The notes under the pieces were generated by a model. The model was not told the DNA's origin, did no database searches, and saw only the letters and a list, made by a program, of their open reading frames with translations. Source: Azolla caroliniana (taxonomy: Eukaryota; Plantae; Polypodiophyta). From it: a stretch of 64,000 nucleotides of DNA. The translations under genes were made by a program, and so were the position numbers. The stretch covers positions 868,001-932,000 of the forward strand of contig JBHGNT010000006.1 of NCBI GenBank assembly GCA_043228905.1, written 5' to 3'. This document shows positions 28,765 through 41,000 of this stretch, piece by piece (positions within the stretch are counted from its first letter, which is position 1; each line of letters opens with the position of its first letter).

Positions 28765-30259
28765 AGTTTCACCGTCTTTCTGTCCCTTCTTCCTGCGTCG
28801 CTACCTGGCAGAGACAAGGATCAGAAAAATGATTCCTGAAGAAGCTTCGTTTTGGGAACAGAGGAGCTGTTTGCCCACATTGTCAGAATTTCAACCACTC
28901 CTAGCATGAATGAACAAATATATATATAATATCAATATATACCGTCTTCTCTCTTCTTTGGTTTGGTTTTTCTTGCCTCCTCGTCCGGCCTCGATTTGAA
29001 CCCATGACCTTCTCGCCTCCACTAAACAACCTTTATAAACTCGGGCACGCCTATCAAGCCCAATCCCCACGTCCAGTTTCTGTTATAAAAGTAATATACA
29101 CGAGGATCTACACGTCACGCAAAGCCTTCTTCAAATCAAGGTTGTCGAGGTTGTTCAAAGGAGAGTGTTCAAAAGTCCTCATCCCAACAAGAAGAATCTC
29201 AAGATGTAGACATAATAGTAACCAAATCCAAAACAAGGCTATAAACTTAGATTGAGAAAGAAAAATAACATTTGGAACAAGGGAAAGTGAAAAAGTGGAA
29301 GGAATCCCAAATAAGGAGAAAAAGAAAAGTTGGGAAGGTACCATATCAATTTAAATTATTTGAAGAATGATGTAATAATGTCCTTTAAACATTACACTCG
29401 ATCAACTCTTGAATTTGGTTCGACGAACCTTAATCATTCCACACTAAGTGTCCATGTCTCCAATTGTTTCATCTTCAGAACTTGAACCCTCTTTGTATGA
29501 ACTTGATTATATCAGTGATGAAAATATGTGTAGCTTTTCTTAATTGCATCTTTCGATACTTTAACACCGATAAAATATATGCACTAAGTTTCTTACGGAA
29601 GTTTCTGTATCATTATTAGTTCTGATTATAAAAGAGTTTAAGTGAAGCTTGACTGAGTGATCAGCACTATCATCAATAACCTTAGGGATGTCTTGACAAT
29701 CATACCCATCCTATCTTTAGTATTAGAGCAACATCATTCTAGCATTGTGTAACAATTTCGGCATGGAGGACAACTCTTGCCTATGAAGAATGTGTTTAGG
29801 GTGAAACCCCAAAATGTCACACATCCTTGACATTTGTGAAATACCTAACTTGCCTTCTTACCATCATGCTTCCATGGTCACTTGTAGGATGTCTAAGTTT
29901 GTAGCATTGGATGTCCAACAAAACCATAATTATGTGAGGACATCAAACATCGGGCTAGCATCTTAGATGTGGAAGTGCTCTTGTATTTGGTTTTGATGAT
30001 GTTAGACCAAAGGGCAAATGGTGTAGGTGGTGGAGAGCCTCTAGCCAATCGTGACTAGTTAGTTGTGGAATCTTTCATTATTAAGCTTTTGTTGTCATCC
30101 TATTAGCTTTCATGTGTGCCCAAGAGAGAACAACCTCCTTATGTGATGGGTTTGTGGTGTTGCTCAAGTGGTTGGCACTATGGCCACTCATTAAAGACTT
30201 AGTTGGATGGTGTAGAGAAATGGGTGACGTAGGTGATGTTGTGCAGCGGAAGTAAACTG

Positions 30260-32988
30260 TGTGTGAGTACGTAAGATGCATAGAGAGAAAAGGGAGAGAT
30301 AGAGAGAGAGACTAGAACAAGAAACTATATTAGTGAAAAATATGATAACATCCAACAGTAACTAAGTTACAAAAGGTTGGTTTAAATACCAACTAGTCTA
30401 GGGCAACTACCCTTTCTATTATTTACAAAACTAGCCTAGTGTGTCCACTACTACTGTGAACGCACTTCATTGGGGAAGTTGGGTTCGACTCTCAGCACGG
30501 CCCTTCGAACACAACTTCTGATTGTCGGAGAGGTTGTTTTGTTGTTTGGCTTCGTTTCGGCTTTGTTGCTTCGTGCTCCTTGTTCGACTCGATTGTCATC
30601 ATCATACTTCGACTCCTCAGGTTGGCTTTGATCGACTAATTGGCTACTGTTCGGCTTCGGCTGCTACTATACTCCCCCTCAAGCTCGACAATGCGGTTAT
30701 TGTGAGACCAAGGTCCGATGTAAATTGCCTGAGCTTGTCAACCCCTAAGGCCTTAGTGAAGATGTCAGCAACCTGAAGGTTCGTGTTGATGTGTTGTAGA
30801 TTGACTTCTCCAGCCTGGACATGTTCTCGGATGAAGTGATAGTGCACTTCGATATGCTTTGTGCGCGCGTGGAACACCGGGTTCCGAGCCAGATAAATAT
30901 TGCTCATGTTGTCGTGGTATAGGCGACTCAGATCCTTGATGGGAGCGCTCAAATCCTTCAATATATGCTTCAGCCAAACAGCTTCGCATGCGACAACGAC
31001 CACGCCTCTGTATTTGGCCTCTGTGCTCGATAATGCGACTATCAACTGCTTTTTACTACTCCATGAGATGGCTCTGCGGCCGAGTGAGAAGCCGAATCCC
31101 GACGTTGATCGTCTATCAGCCTTATAGCTGGCCCATCATCTGTGTACCCTTCAAGCCGAATGATCGTATCCCACTTATACATGATGTTGTAATCCATCGT
31201 CCCACGAACATATTTGAGTACTCTCTTATTCGACATGAATTGGCTAAGTAGACCGACCGAATAGCTGAGGTCGGGTCGTGTGATGGTAAGATTGATTAAG
31301 CTGCCTATCAGTTGACGGTACTGAGTCGGCTCGCACTTTGTAGTGCCAGAGTCAGCATCGAGCTTGAGATTTTGATTGAGAGGGGTAGATAGCTAGGTCG
31401 ATCCCGCGTTCTTAACTCACGAAACCACTCTTGGTGTGACATCATATGATGTGAGGCGCCGGAGTTGACAAACCACACATTTTCCGAGTTGGAGGTGCTT
31501 GTGGAGTTGGAGGCCGTCATAGAGTTCGCTCTATGTCTCATTATCAAACCATAGTCGTCGTATTCAGAGTTGGTGGCATAGTTTGTGAGTTGTCGGCATG
31601 TGGAAGCCGACTCTCTTCTTCTCTTTCGGCACTCCTCTTCGCGATGGTTGACCTTCTCACAATAGTTGCAAGTAATGGGCCACGTTTGCCGACTTGTTTG
31701 GCATGGAAGCTCCCCCTTCTTCTGAAGGTTCCTCGATGACTTCCGTCTTCTTGTTGAATGTTTGAATTCCCTTTGTGAGATGGACCGAATTGACCTCTTC
31801 TACTGCCTCAACCTCATCCTCGGCCACCATCCGAATTCGAGAAGAACATTTGTCCTTTAGACATCTTGGTCTTGGTTTGGACGTGGTTCTCTTTGACCAA
31901 TAACATTGATTGGAGGTTGAAGAACGAAGGATGGGTTTCCCTTGCCAAAATTGTCGTCCTTATCGGGTCGAATCGTTGTGCGAGGCCGCCCAAGCATACT
32001 TGAACCATCTCATCTTCGTTGACGTTTATGTTGATGGAGCTAAGTCAGTCGCAAATGCTCTTGATCTTGGCAGTGTAGTCTGACACAAACATATCTTTTT
32101 GTTGAATGTTGTTCAACGCTTGTCGGAATTGAAGCTTGCGGGCGGTCGTGTTGGCGGCGAAGATTTTCTTCAAGTTCTCCCATGCTTCTTTAGGTGTCTT
32201 GGCATCTTGAATGTGGCTAAGCATGTGATCGTGGACACATGTTGCCAAGCAATACATTACCCGACTTGATCCTTGCTCCCATGTTGGGTAGGTTGCATTT
32301 GTGATGTTGGGTTTGTTTTGGAGTGCACCGTTGATGTAGCTCCAATACCCTTGGCCGACTAGGTATTGGTTCATCTTATATTCCCATGATGAAAAATTGC
32401 TTCGGTCTAGCTTTTCACTAGGGAGCGAGCTACCCATTTCTATGTTCATGTTGATGTAGTGTCTTGCTTTTTGGTTTTTCTTCCTTCGGTCATGTAAACG
32501 TGCTACGTAGCGGCACTACGGTAGCGGATAGCTTGGTTTGTTGTCAGCCACGGGCATCTCGAACACACAATCACGAAGAGTTGGTTGGGCTAAGTGGTAA
32601 TTAACTAAGGGTTAATTAGTAACTAATTATGTGAGTAGTTAAGCAACGGAAGATTATACGATATGTGTGTGTATGTGTGTGAGATGAGAGATAGGAGAAG
32701 TTACTAACAAGAGTGTAGCTAAAGACCTTTCTCTATATTAATGATCATCAAAATACAATGATACCCACAATGTGGTATATATACATCTCATGTGCAAGGG
32801 TGCACATGTGTGAGGAGAATATAGGTACAATGAACTTGATAGTGGAGGATCTAGAATGTATCCCACTCAAGTACAAAATCCTATTTAAGGCTTTAAGGAC
32901 AACACTTTCAACTAGATTCTTATTATGTAACTACAAAGTTACATGGTTGACTAAATAGCTAAACCTAGTTGAGCTTGATATCTCGACA
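30260..32988 (-). mobile_element. Truncated, internally deleted Copia element; LTR ~32590-32988 is the same family as the 35840-53179 element
   Basis: gag EKLDRSNFSSWEYKM (32045-32449) and protease WFVNSGASHHM joined directly to the RT end/RNase H (ALSSTEAKY, RTKHIEVHYHFIRE, ADIFTK). The LTR reads TGTCGAGATATCAAGCTCAAC on the minus strand and the PBS is deleted. Confidence 0.85.
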
Positions 32989-35900
32989 ACGGCAATAAAC
33001 AAGATTTGAAGACTCCGACAAGGAGATTGTCCCGTGTCGGCATATGCAACCAATTTTCATCTCTTGGCATGCGATGTCCCTTGGGATGAGGTGACGTTAA
33101 TGGATCAATTCCGTCAAGGTTTGTGTAATTATGTCAAAGATCTTCTTCTTACTTTTCTTGAAGATGCAAGTCTCTTACAGAGGCAATTAGTCGAGTTGTG
33201 CAATGTGATAATCGCCTATTTGAGCGATGTTCTGAGCGCCAACAAATGTTACACCGTCAACCGAAACAGACGTATGCTTCAGTAGTCGCAACGCCTCCAC
33301 AAGTTTCTAGTCCTATTACGAGGGACGACCCAACTCCGATGGAAATAAAGTCAACACAGCGTCAAGGGCCATTATCAGATGTTGAGAAGCAACAACGTTG
33401 AGCACACCGCCTATGCCTATATTGTGGTGTTCCATGACATATAGCCGTGAATTGTCCAGATAAAACCTAGACGTCAAGTATACCAACTAAGTGCACATGA
33501 CAACCTTGCTTCGAGTTCTATTATTTCTTCTAATAACATAATTAAGCCTAATAGCACATGCCATGAGAATAGATTCGATGTCTTGAGCCAATTAGAGGAT
33601 GTGTTAAACGAGTAAGTCCAGGCAAAATAGGAGCCATTTGGTTGGACCATCCTAGATATGTAGAGTCGGTTCCTAGTCGTGGTTCCATTTCATCAAATCA
33701 AGTTAGTGGAGTTTTTTCTACACAAGTTGAGCTTAGCACATCTACATGTCATCGAGTCCTAGCTTCCGCCCTCCTAAATTCCGGAGCCAACTCTTGTTTC
33801 ATGGATCGTGAGCATTGACACAAAACATCCCCTTGAATAAGCTCCCGAACCCAGTAGCCGTAGGAGTCATTGATGGACACCCTATAGCATCAAGTGATAT
33901 AGTCGAAGAGTCTGAGCCATTCGTGTAGTTCATGGCGATTTGGCAAGCATAATCTCTTTCAATGTTATTCGTAGTCCATAACACCCACTAGTTCTAGGTC
34001 TCCCTCGGTTTGAGCTCCATAACCCGAAGATTGATTGGATGAAAAGAACATTTGAGGAGTTCCAAGAAAAAAGAATGAAACTTGCATCCCTCAAATCTCC
34101 GACATTTGATACTGGATCCCATACGTTATCGACCATCTCTCTACGCCGGAAGGGGGGAACGAGGACATGTTCGTATTCGCAATAGTAGCAACTCCATAAC
34201 CTATCTTACATGAGTCGGATATCAAACTACTAGTGAAATACAAAAAGTTCTCAAACTAATACATCGCCAAAGCATTGGCCATACGACTACCTATTGACTT
34301 ACAACCAGGGAAAGAACTTCCATAGCGGTCAATTTATAATCCCTCACCTGTAGAGCGAGAGACTATGCAGGAATATATTGACAAGAATCTGGCAAACGGA
34401 TTCATCCGACATTCTAGATCCCCTGCTGGTGCACCTATCTTCTTTGTTAAGAAAAAAAATGGGTCTCTTCGGTTGGTCGTGGATTATTGAGGGTTACATA
34501 AAGTGACTATCTGGAATAGATATGTGAGTCTATCATTAATCTCGAACCTTTTGGAACGTCTCAGTGGAGCAAAATATTTCATGAAGTTAGACCTTCGCGG
34601 TGCATATAATCTAGTTCGGATTCATCTGGGGGATGAATAGAAGGTTGCTTTTCGCACTCGCTATAGACATTTCGAGTATACCATGATGTCATTCGGTCTC
34701 ACGAATGTACTTGTAGTTTTCTAGCATATGGGGAATGATATTTTTTGAGATTTTCTCGATATCTTCACCATAGTTTACCTGAATGCCATTTTGATCTACT
34801 CGAAGACCAAGAGGATCATGATAAACATGTTTGTCAGGTTCTACATCGACTACGAGAATATGGTCTCTACGCAAAATTAGAAAAGTGTAGTTTTGGCCAG
34901 AATCAAGTGGAATTTTTGGGGTATGTTGTATCATCATATGGTATTTCTATGGACCCCATGAAGGTTCAAACAATTTTAGATTGGCAGACACCCATTTCAA
35001 TGTGTGACGTGCAATGTTTTCTTGAGTTTGCAAATTTTTATCAGAAGTTTATTAAAAATTATTCCAAAGTTGTGCTTCCGCTCACTCAACTCACACACAA
35101 GAATCAACCATTCATATGGAGTTCAAATGCAATCGAGGCATTTGAAAGTTTAAAACAAGCATTTATGACGACACCTATTTTGGCACATGTCGACCCAACA
35201 AAACACCTAAGCCTTCATCCTTGAAGCTGTTGTGTCCAACTTTGCACTAGCGAGTGTTCTATCACAGATTGGAGATGACAAACAACTACACCCGATCGCC
35301 TTTCATTCCTGAAAATTTGAAGTTCCAGAGATCAACTATGAGATCCATGACAAAGAACTTCTTGCAATTGTGGATTCTTTTCAACAATGGCGACATTTTC
35401 TAGAAGCTTCTTCTCAACAAATCATTGTCTACAACAATAATAAGAACCTAATATATTTCCAAAATGCTCGAGTCTTGAATCGAAGACAAGCCCGTTGGGC
35501 ACAATTTTTGACTCACTTCGACTTTGTAATCATATATCGTCCTAGGTGCAAATGCAGCAAGGCAAAGTAGATGCTCTTTCTCGATGCTCTTATATGGAAC
35601 TTCGTTCTAGGGAACCCACATTTGAGCATAAAAACAAATCCTTTTGGGTCCTGATCGCCTAAGATTAATGGCAGCTAATGCCATAACAACACATCAAGAT
35701 TCCATTCAAGATCATATGGCCATTGATGAATTCGCCAACGATGTTTTGGATCATATCGTCTCGGATCATACTTCTTGCTCATAGTCGAAAAACCCTTGTC
35801 ATGACTATAATCAGTTCTATTGGCATGATGGTTTTCTGTTGTTGAGAGATCAAGCTCAACTTAGTTTAGTTAGTTAGTCAACCATGTAACTTCGAACACG

Positions 35901-38189
35901 TTCGCGTTCACAGGTGGAAGGATTGCGCATTCCACTTGTAGAATCTTCTTAAAACGAAGCAAATACACCCTCTCTACAAAAATTGGATGCACTAGTATCA
36001 CATGTTCCTCAACTTGATGAGAATTTGCAAATATAAAAATACATGATAGATCTACGAGTGGAGATCATTAGAAATCATGCAAGTTTAGACACGTTGATAA
36101 GTTAATGTAGGCATAATAAAGTTCAACTATGGCTCAATATGTCACTACTGTGCGACAAGGGAAACACTCACTTAAAGACTTATATTAATTAGGTAAGTTT
36201 CACAAAAATATTAGGTGTACTTGTATCCATACTAATAAAATGAGTTATAATTTATACTTTGACCCATACGTGCATGTATGTAATTGTGGAAAATGTAGGA
36301 TAGTGCACATTAGGATAAGTGATTGGAATAACTAACTTATTAAAGTATTCAATACTTGTATTTAAAGTTGATCTAATCTATTCCTCAGTTTGTTCATATG
36401 GGATCAAACCATATGTATATAATTGTGGACAATGTAAGGCAGTGAACTTTAGGATAATGTCGTGGAAATAACAAACCTATTAGGCTTTCATACCTGTATT
36501 TAAAATTGATCTACTCTATTGCTTAGGTGATTCACACAGGATCAAACTCCGAACGATAACGCAACTGGAACCATTATCAACACACTACACAATCTAAGTA
36601 GCAATGGAATAGAAACATAATAGTTTTAACAATAGAAGACAAAGATCCATAATAACAACATGGACAGTCATGGCAACAATTATAGGGCCATGTTCTGTTA
36701 AGGTTAGCTTGGACCAAAATCAGCCTCAATTTAAACTAATTCATGTTTCTCCATAAATTTGGTAGTCAGCTATGCACGCGGTGAAACCAATGTCATAAAT
36801 CTACTAACCAAGTATATAAAAATAAAATTGAAACATATAGAAGATTATAAAGAATAGAATCCACTAGGTAAAACCCAAAATTTGTATTAATAATGTGAAA
36901 TCCTAACAAATCGTCAGTGTCATTTTCTTCATAGAGTCTATTACATAGCAATCAATTCATCAACGTCATTTTCTTCATCATCTTGTGTAGAACTGTCTTC
37001 GGCTATACGTGCATTGGTTTCCCCTGTTAGCCGAGCCAACGAAATATCTTCTATAAGCTCATCATCAAGCTCTATTAGCTCCCCCGGTTCGCCAGCTAAC
37101 GGAGGAATAGGCTCTCGCGAAGCAGGTTGAAACCTTTTTGTATTAGCGAGGTTCTTTGCACCGACCTCCTCATCCTGGTCTGGGCACTCCCACAAAGCCT
37201 TAATCTGCATGTTAATAAATATAACTTGGTCCTCGTCCTTCTCCAATGCAACTGTATTTCGAAAAAGCTTCAATGCACATGCAGACGTTGTTCCTGTGAT
37301 GTAAGTAACAAGAAGATTTAGTTGTCAAACGAGAAAAAAAGGGATTGGTTATCTCAAGATCGTTACCCTAGTTCGAGGAATACTTGTGCCAGAAAAGAGA
37401 TCTAATATCCAGTCTCCTTCGACAGAAAACATCTCGATCAAGCACATCATAAGTCGTTGAGGTTTTTGGTATGTCGTGGTGACATGTCGCAATTTCCGTG
37501 TCACTGCTGGATATACCAATAGATTTGAACCTCCCACTTCATTAGAATGCTCCTTGATTCTCTGTTTCTTAATTTCATCGAATTAGCCAACCGTTATGTA
37601 TTCAATGGCATTAACGAACTGAAAAGTTGGCCCTCTATTTACATTGGTCTTGATCCTATAAAAAATAATACATCGAGTTAAGAATAGATTGAACAACCTT
37701 AAGAAATGCAATATAGTGAAAGACACCTATAAATTATCCTTACCATGCAAGGTTCTCGATGCCATGGCAACGAATCTCAAAGCTTGAGCTACCGAGTACC
37801 CTTGGTCCATACTATGAAAGACAACTAACACCGGGACATTTGAAACAGGTAATATGTCGCATTTTGAGAACTGTCCATCAAAAAATGACACAAATTAGGG
37901 TGATTCACAAAAAGGGGCGCCACATGCGTAAAGGAATTTTAAAAATGACCCAAAAATATATTGATTTTTAACATGTACGGAAATTTAGGTGTTCAAAAAA
38001 ATGCCTAAATAATGGACATGCCAAACTTACAAATGAATGTCCAAAATGACTAACCCCAATATTTATAGAAATTCTGAATCCAAATCTTGATGTGCAATAC
38101 AATATTTATAGTTAACGTATCAGGACAATCATTTTTCAAGTTTATGTCATCATCTTCATACCCATTAGATGAACTAGTACGAGTTTATG

Positions 38190-38480
38190 AGGTCTCATCC
38201 TCATCATCAATGGCAACTAATGCATTGTGTTGATCCAATTGCAATCCAACCTCATCGAGTTTATGAGTCATGCTTCTTGTTTGTCTTTGTGTTGTGTCTG
38301 AAGCCACATTCCAGATCCTCTTTTAGTATCTTCATTGTTGTCTGTCACAGATAACTTGTTTTGGTCAAAGATAAGTCATACACTAATATATAAACATTAT
38401 CCAATGTAAGAGTAGATGTGCTTGATGCATCTTTCCTCCTCACTTTTTGGTTATGATATTTCATTATGTACTTTCCATTT
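38190..38480 (-). pseudogene. Remnant of the transposase C-terminus in the nested element
   Basis: STSTLTLDNVYILVYDLSLTKTSYL*QTTMKILKE...LDQHNALVAIDDEDE aligns to the host transposase tail NTLTLDISDVDIIMYNFTLTKAGQLRKSTIDIIKE...YDEDNALIGTSEDDEE. Confidence 0.75.
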
Positions 38481-38729
38481 ACAAGATTAGATTATGTGAG
38501 AGAAGCTTTCTACCAAAATCATTAGAATCTAAAAAATGTCTTAAAGATGTTTTCCATTTTTCTTAGATTCTCATAGTAAGCCTTTGATGTCGTACAGAAA
38601 GCCGATTCATTCCATCTAGATTTGACGCAACATGTCGAATTTTACTCTATACATCTAGAATTGGATATAATGCATCAGATTCCTGTAAGTCTTGGAATTT
38701 TTTTAAAAATTTCCATTAAAAAAATACTC

Positions 38730-40510
38730 TTGCATTTTAATGCATTGCATTGAATTCTAGCTACATAGACTAAAATATGATACATTGCATGGATTTCCCG
38801 AAAATACATAAATAAATACAAATTGAAAAAATAAAACATTTTCCCATAAATAAATAAATAAAAATTGAAAAATTAGATTTCAATGGAAATCCAATTCCGT
38901 GCATTGGATTCAATTGAAAATCCAATTTCTCTTATTTTTTTGAAAATTTTCTTATTTTTTGAATTGTTTTTGAATTTGTTTTTATTTTTCCCATAAAAAA
39001 ATAAATAAAAATTGAAAAAATGGATTTTCAACGGAAATCCAATGCACTGCATCAGATTTTGGTTGAAAGTCCACTTTTACGTATTTTTTTCCAAATTTGC
39101 TTTTAAATTTTTTTTTTTTTTAAATTTTTTATATAAAAAATAACTAAATATTGAAAAAATAGATTTTCAATGGAAATCCGATGCACTGCATCAGATTTCC
39201 GTAGAAAATCCACTTTTTCTTATTTTTTTCCAAATTTTCATAGTTTTTAGAATTTTTTTGGTATTTTGTTTGTCTATTTTCTCATAAATAACTATATAGA
39301 AATTGAAAAAATGAATTTTCAAAGGGCATCGGATTTCTATTGAAATTCCACTTTTTGCTATTTGTTACCAAATTTTCATATTTTAAAATATTTTTTTGTA
39401 TTTTTAAATTTTTTTTTCATTTTTTCCCATAAATAAATAAATAAAAATTGCAAAAAATGGGTTTTCAACAGAAATCCGATGCACTACATCGGATTTCTAT
39501 TGAAAATCCATTTTGTCTTATTTGTTTCCAAATTTTCAGATATTTTGAATTTGTTTTGAATTGTTTTTGTTTTTATCATAAATAAATATATAGGAATTGA
39601 AAAAAATGGATTTTCAACGGAAATCCGATGCACTGCATCGGATTTCCATTGAAAGTCCACTTTTTCTTGTTTGTTTACAAATTTTCTTATTTGTTTATAT
39701 TTTTCTCTAAAAAAGTGTTAAAAATAAACAAATTGTGATTTTCTCCATTTAAAATGATGTGTTTTCAACGGGAATCCGATGCAGTGCATCGGATTCCCGT
39801 TGAAAATAGATCATTTTCAACAGGATTTTCAATGGAAATCCGATGCACTGCATCGGATTTCCGTTCAAAATCACTGAGTTTCAACAGAAATCCGATGCAT
39901 TCCGTTGAAAGTCCAATATTTTTCTTATGTTTTTTCATAAAACATTAATTTGCAATTGAAATTCGACTCAATGGTTCAAATTTTGTTGAAAATGTAATAT
40001 TTTTTTATTATCTCATTGTTTTATGAAAAACCTAAAAGAAATTTGGATTTTTAATTGAAATTCGATGTATTGCATTAGATTTCAGTTGGAAATCCACTTT
40101 TTTAATATATTTTTATTTATTTTTTGAAAAAATGAAAAACAATTGAAAAGAAAGAGGATTGCCAGCTAAAATCTGATGCAATGCATCAATGTCTATCTAT
40201 ATAGACTACGATCTGATGTAGTGTATCGGATTTCAGTTGAAAAGCCGTTTATTATTATTTTATATGGAAAATAAATAAATAAATAACATTGGAAAAAGAA
40301 AAAAGAAAAAAGGATTTTCGACTCTAATCCAACACATTGCATTAGATTCTAGCTATATATACTAAAATATAATGTAGTGCATAGTATTTTAGCTGAAAAT
40401 CCATTTTTTATTTTTTAATGGAAAAAATTTTAAAAATTACACAAAAAAAAAAAACTTGGATTTTCAACTGAAATCTAGTGCATCGCATTGGATTCCAATT
40501 AAAAATCCAA
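38730..40510. repeat. Array of ~15 palindromes TTTTCAAYGGAAATCCGATGCACTGCATCGGATTTCCRTTGAAAA with AT-rich spacers
   Basis: Clear copies near 38878, 39025, 39164, 39462, 39611, 39762, 39826, 40050 and 40462, plus degenerate ones. Core period ~140-150 bp. Confidence 0.88.
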
Positions 40511-40702
40511 GATTTTTTATTTTTTCAAATTTTATTGTTTCAAATTTTCAATGGGTTTTAGATTAGTTTTTTGACACAGGTATATAATATAAAACTTACA
40601 TCAATTTAGATTAACGTTATATTCTATTCTTCAGTTTGATGTTACCTGTGCAATTTCATTCTACTGTCATGTACTACTAAAACATACGCCTTAAAGATTA
40701 TC

Positions 40703-41000
40703 AGGAACTCTGTTGCATTAGAGAAGGACCTTGAGCAAGTTAATGTCATCAAAATGAGGATCCAAGGTATCTGGAGTTGTCCTGATCAAGACCAAGAAGT
40801 TGGGGCAAAGCATATCAATAAAACTTAGATGTTCCAGATGACTTTTAGAAAACTTGTGGAACTATAGATGAAGACGCAGGGCAACTTGTTGAATTAGAAG
40901 ACGTTTCAGAGTCTGAACATACTAACAATTCAACTTAGCGTACTGACGAAGCCAATGAGGACAATCCTGATGAAAGAGCTAATCCTGAGTAGACGGCTTT
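40703..41000 (+). pseudogene. Remnant of the last methyltransferase exon in the nested element
   Basis: RNSVALEKDLEQVNVIKMRIQGIWSCPDQDQEVGAKHI versus host RNTVALEKDEDQVIFINMQIKALWECPDQDEEVGAKNL. Confidence 0.85.
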
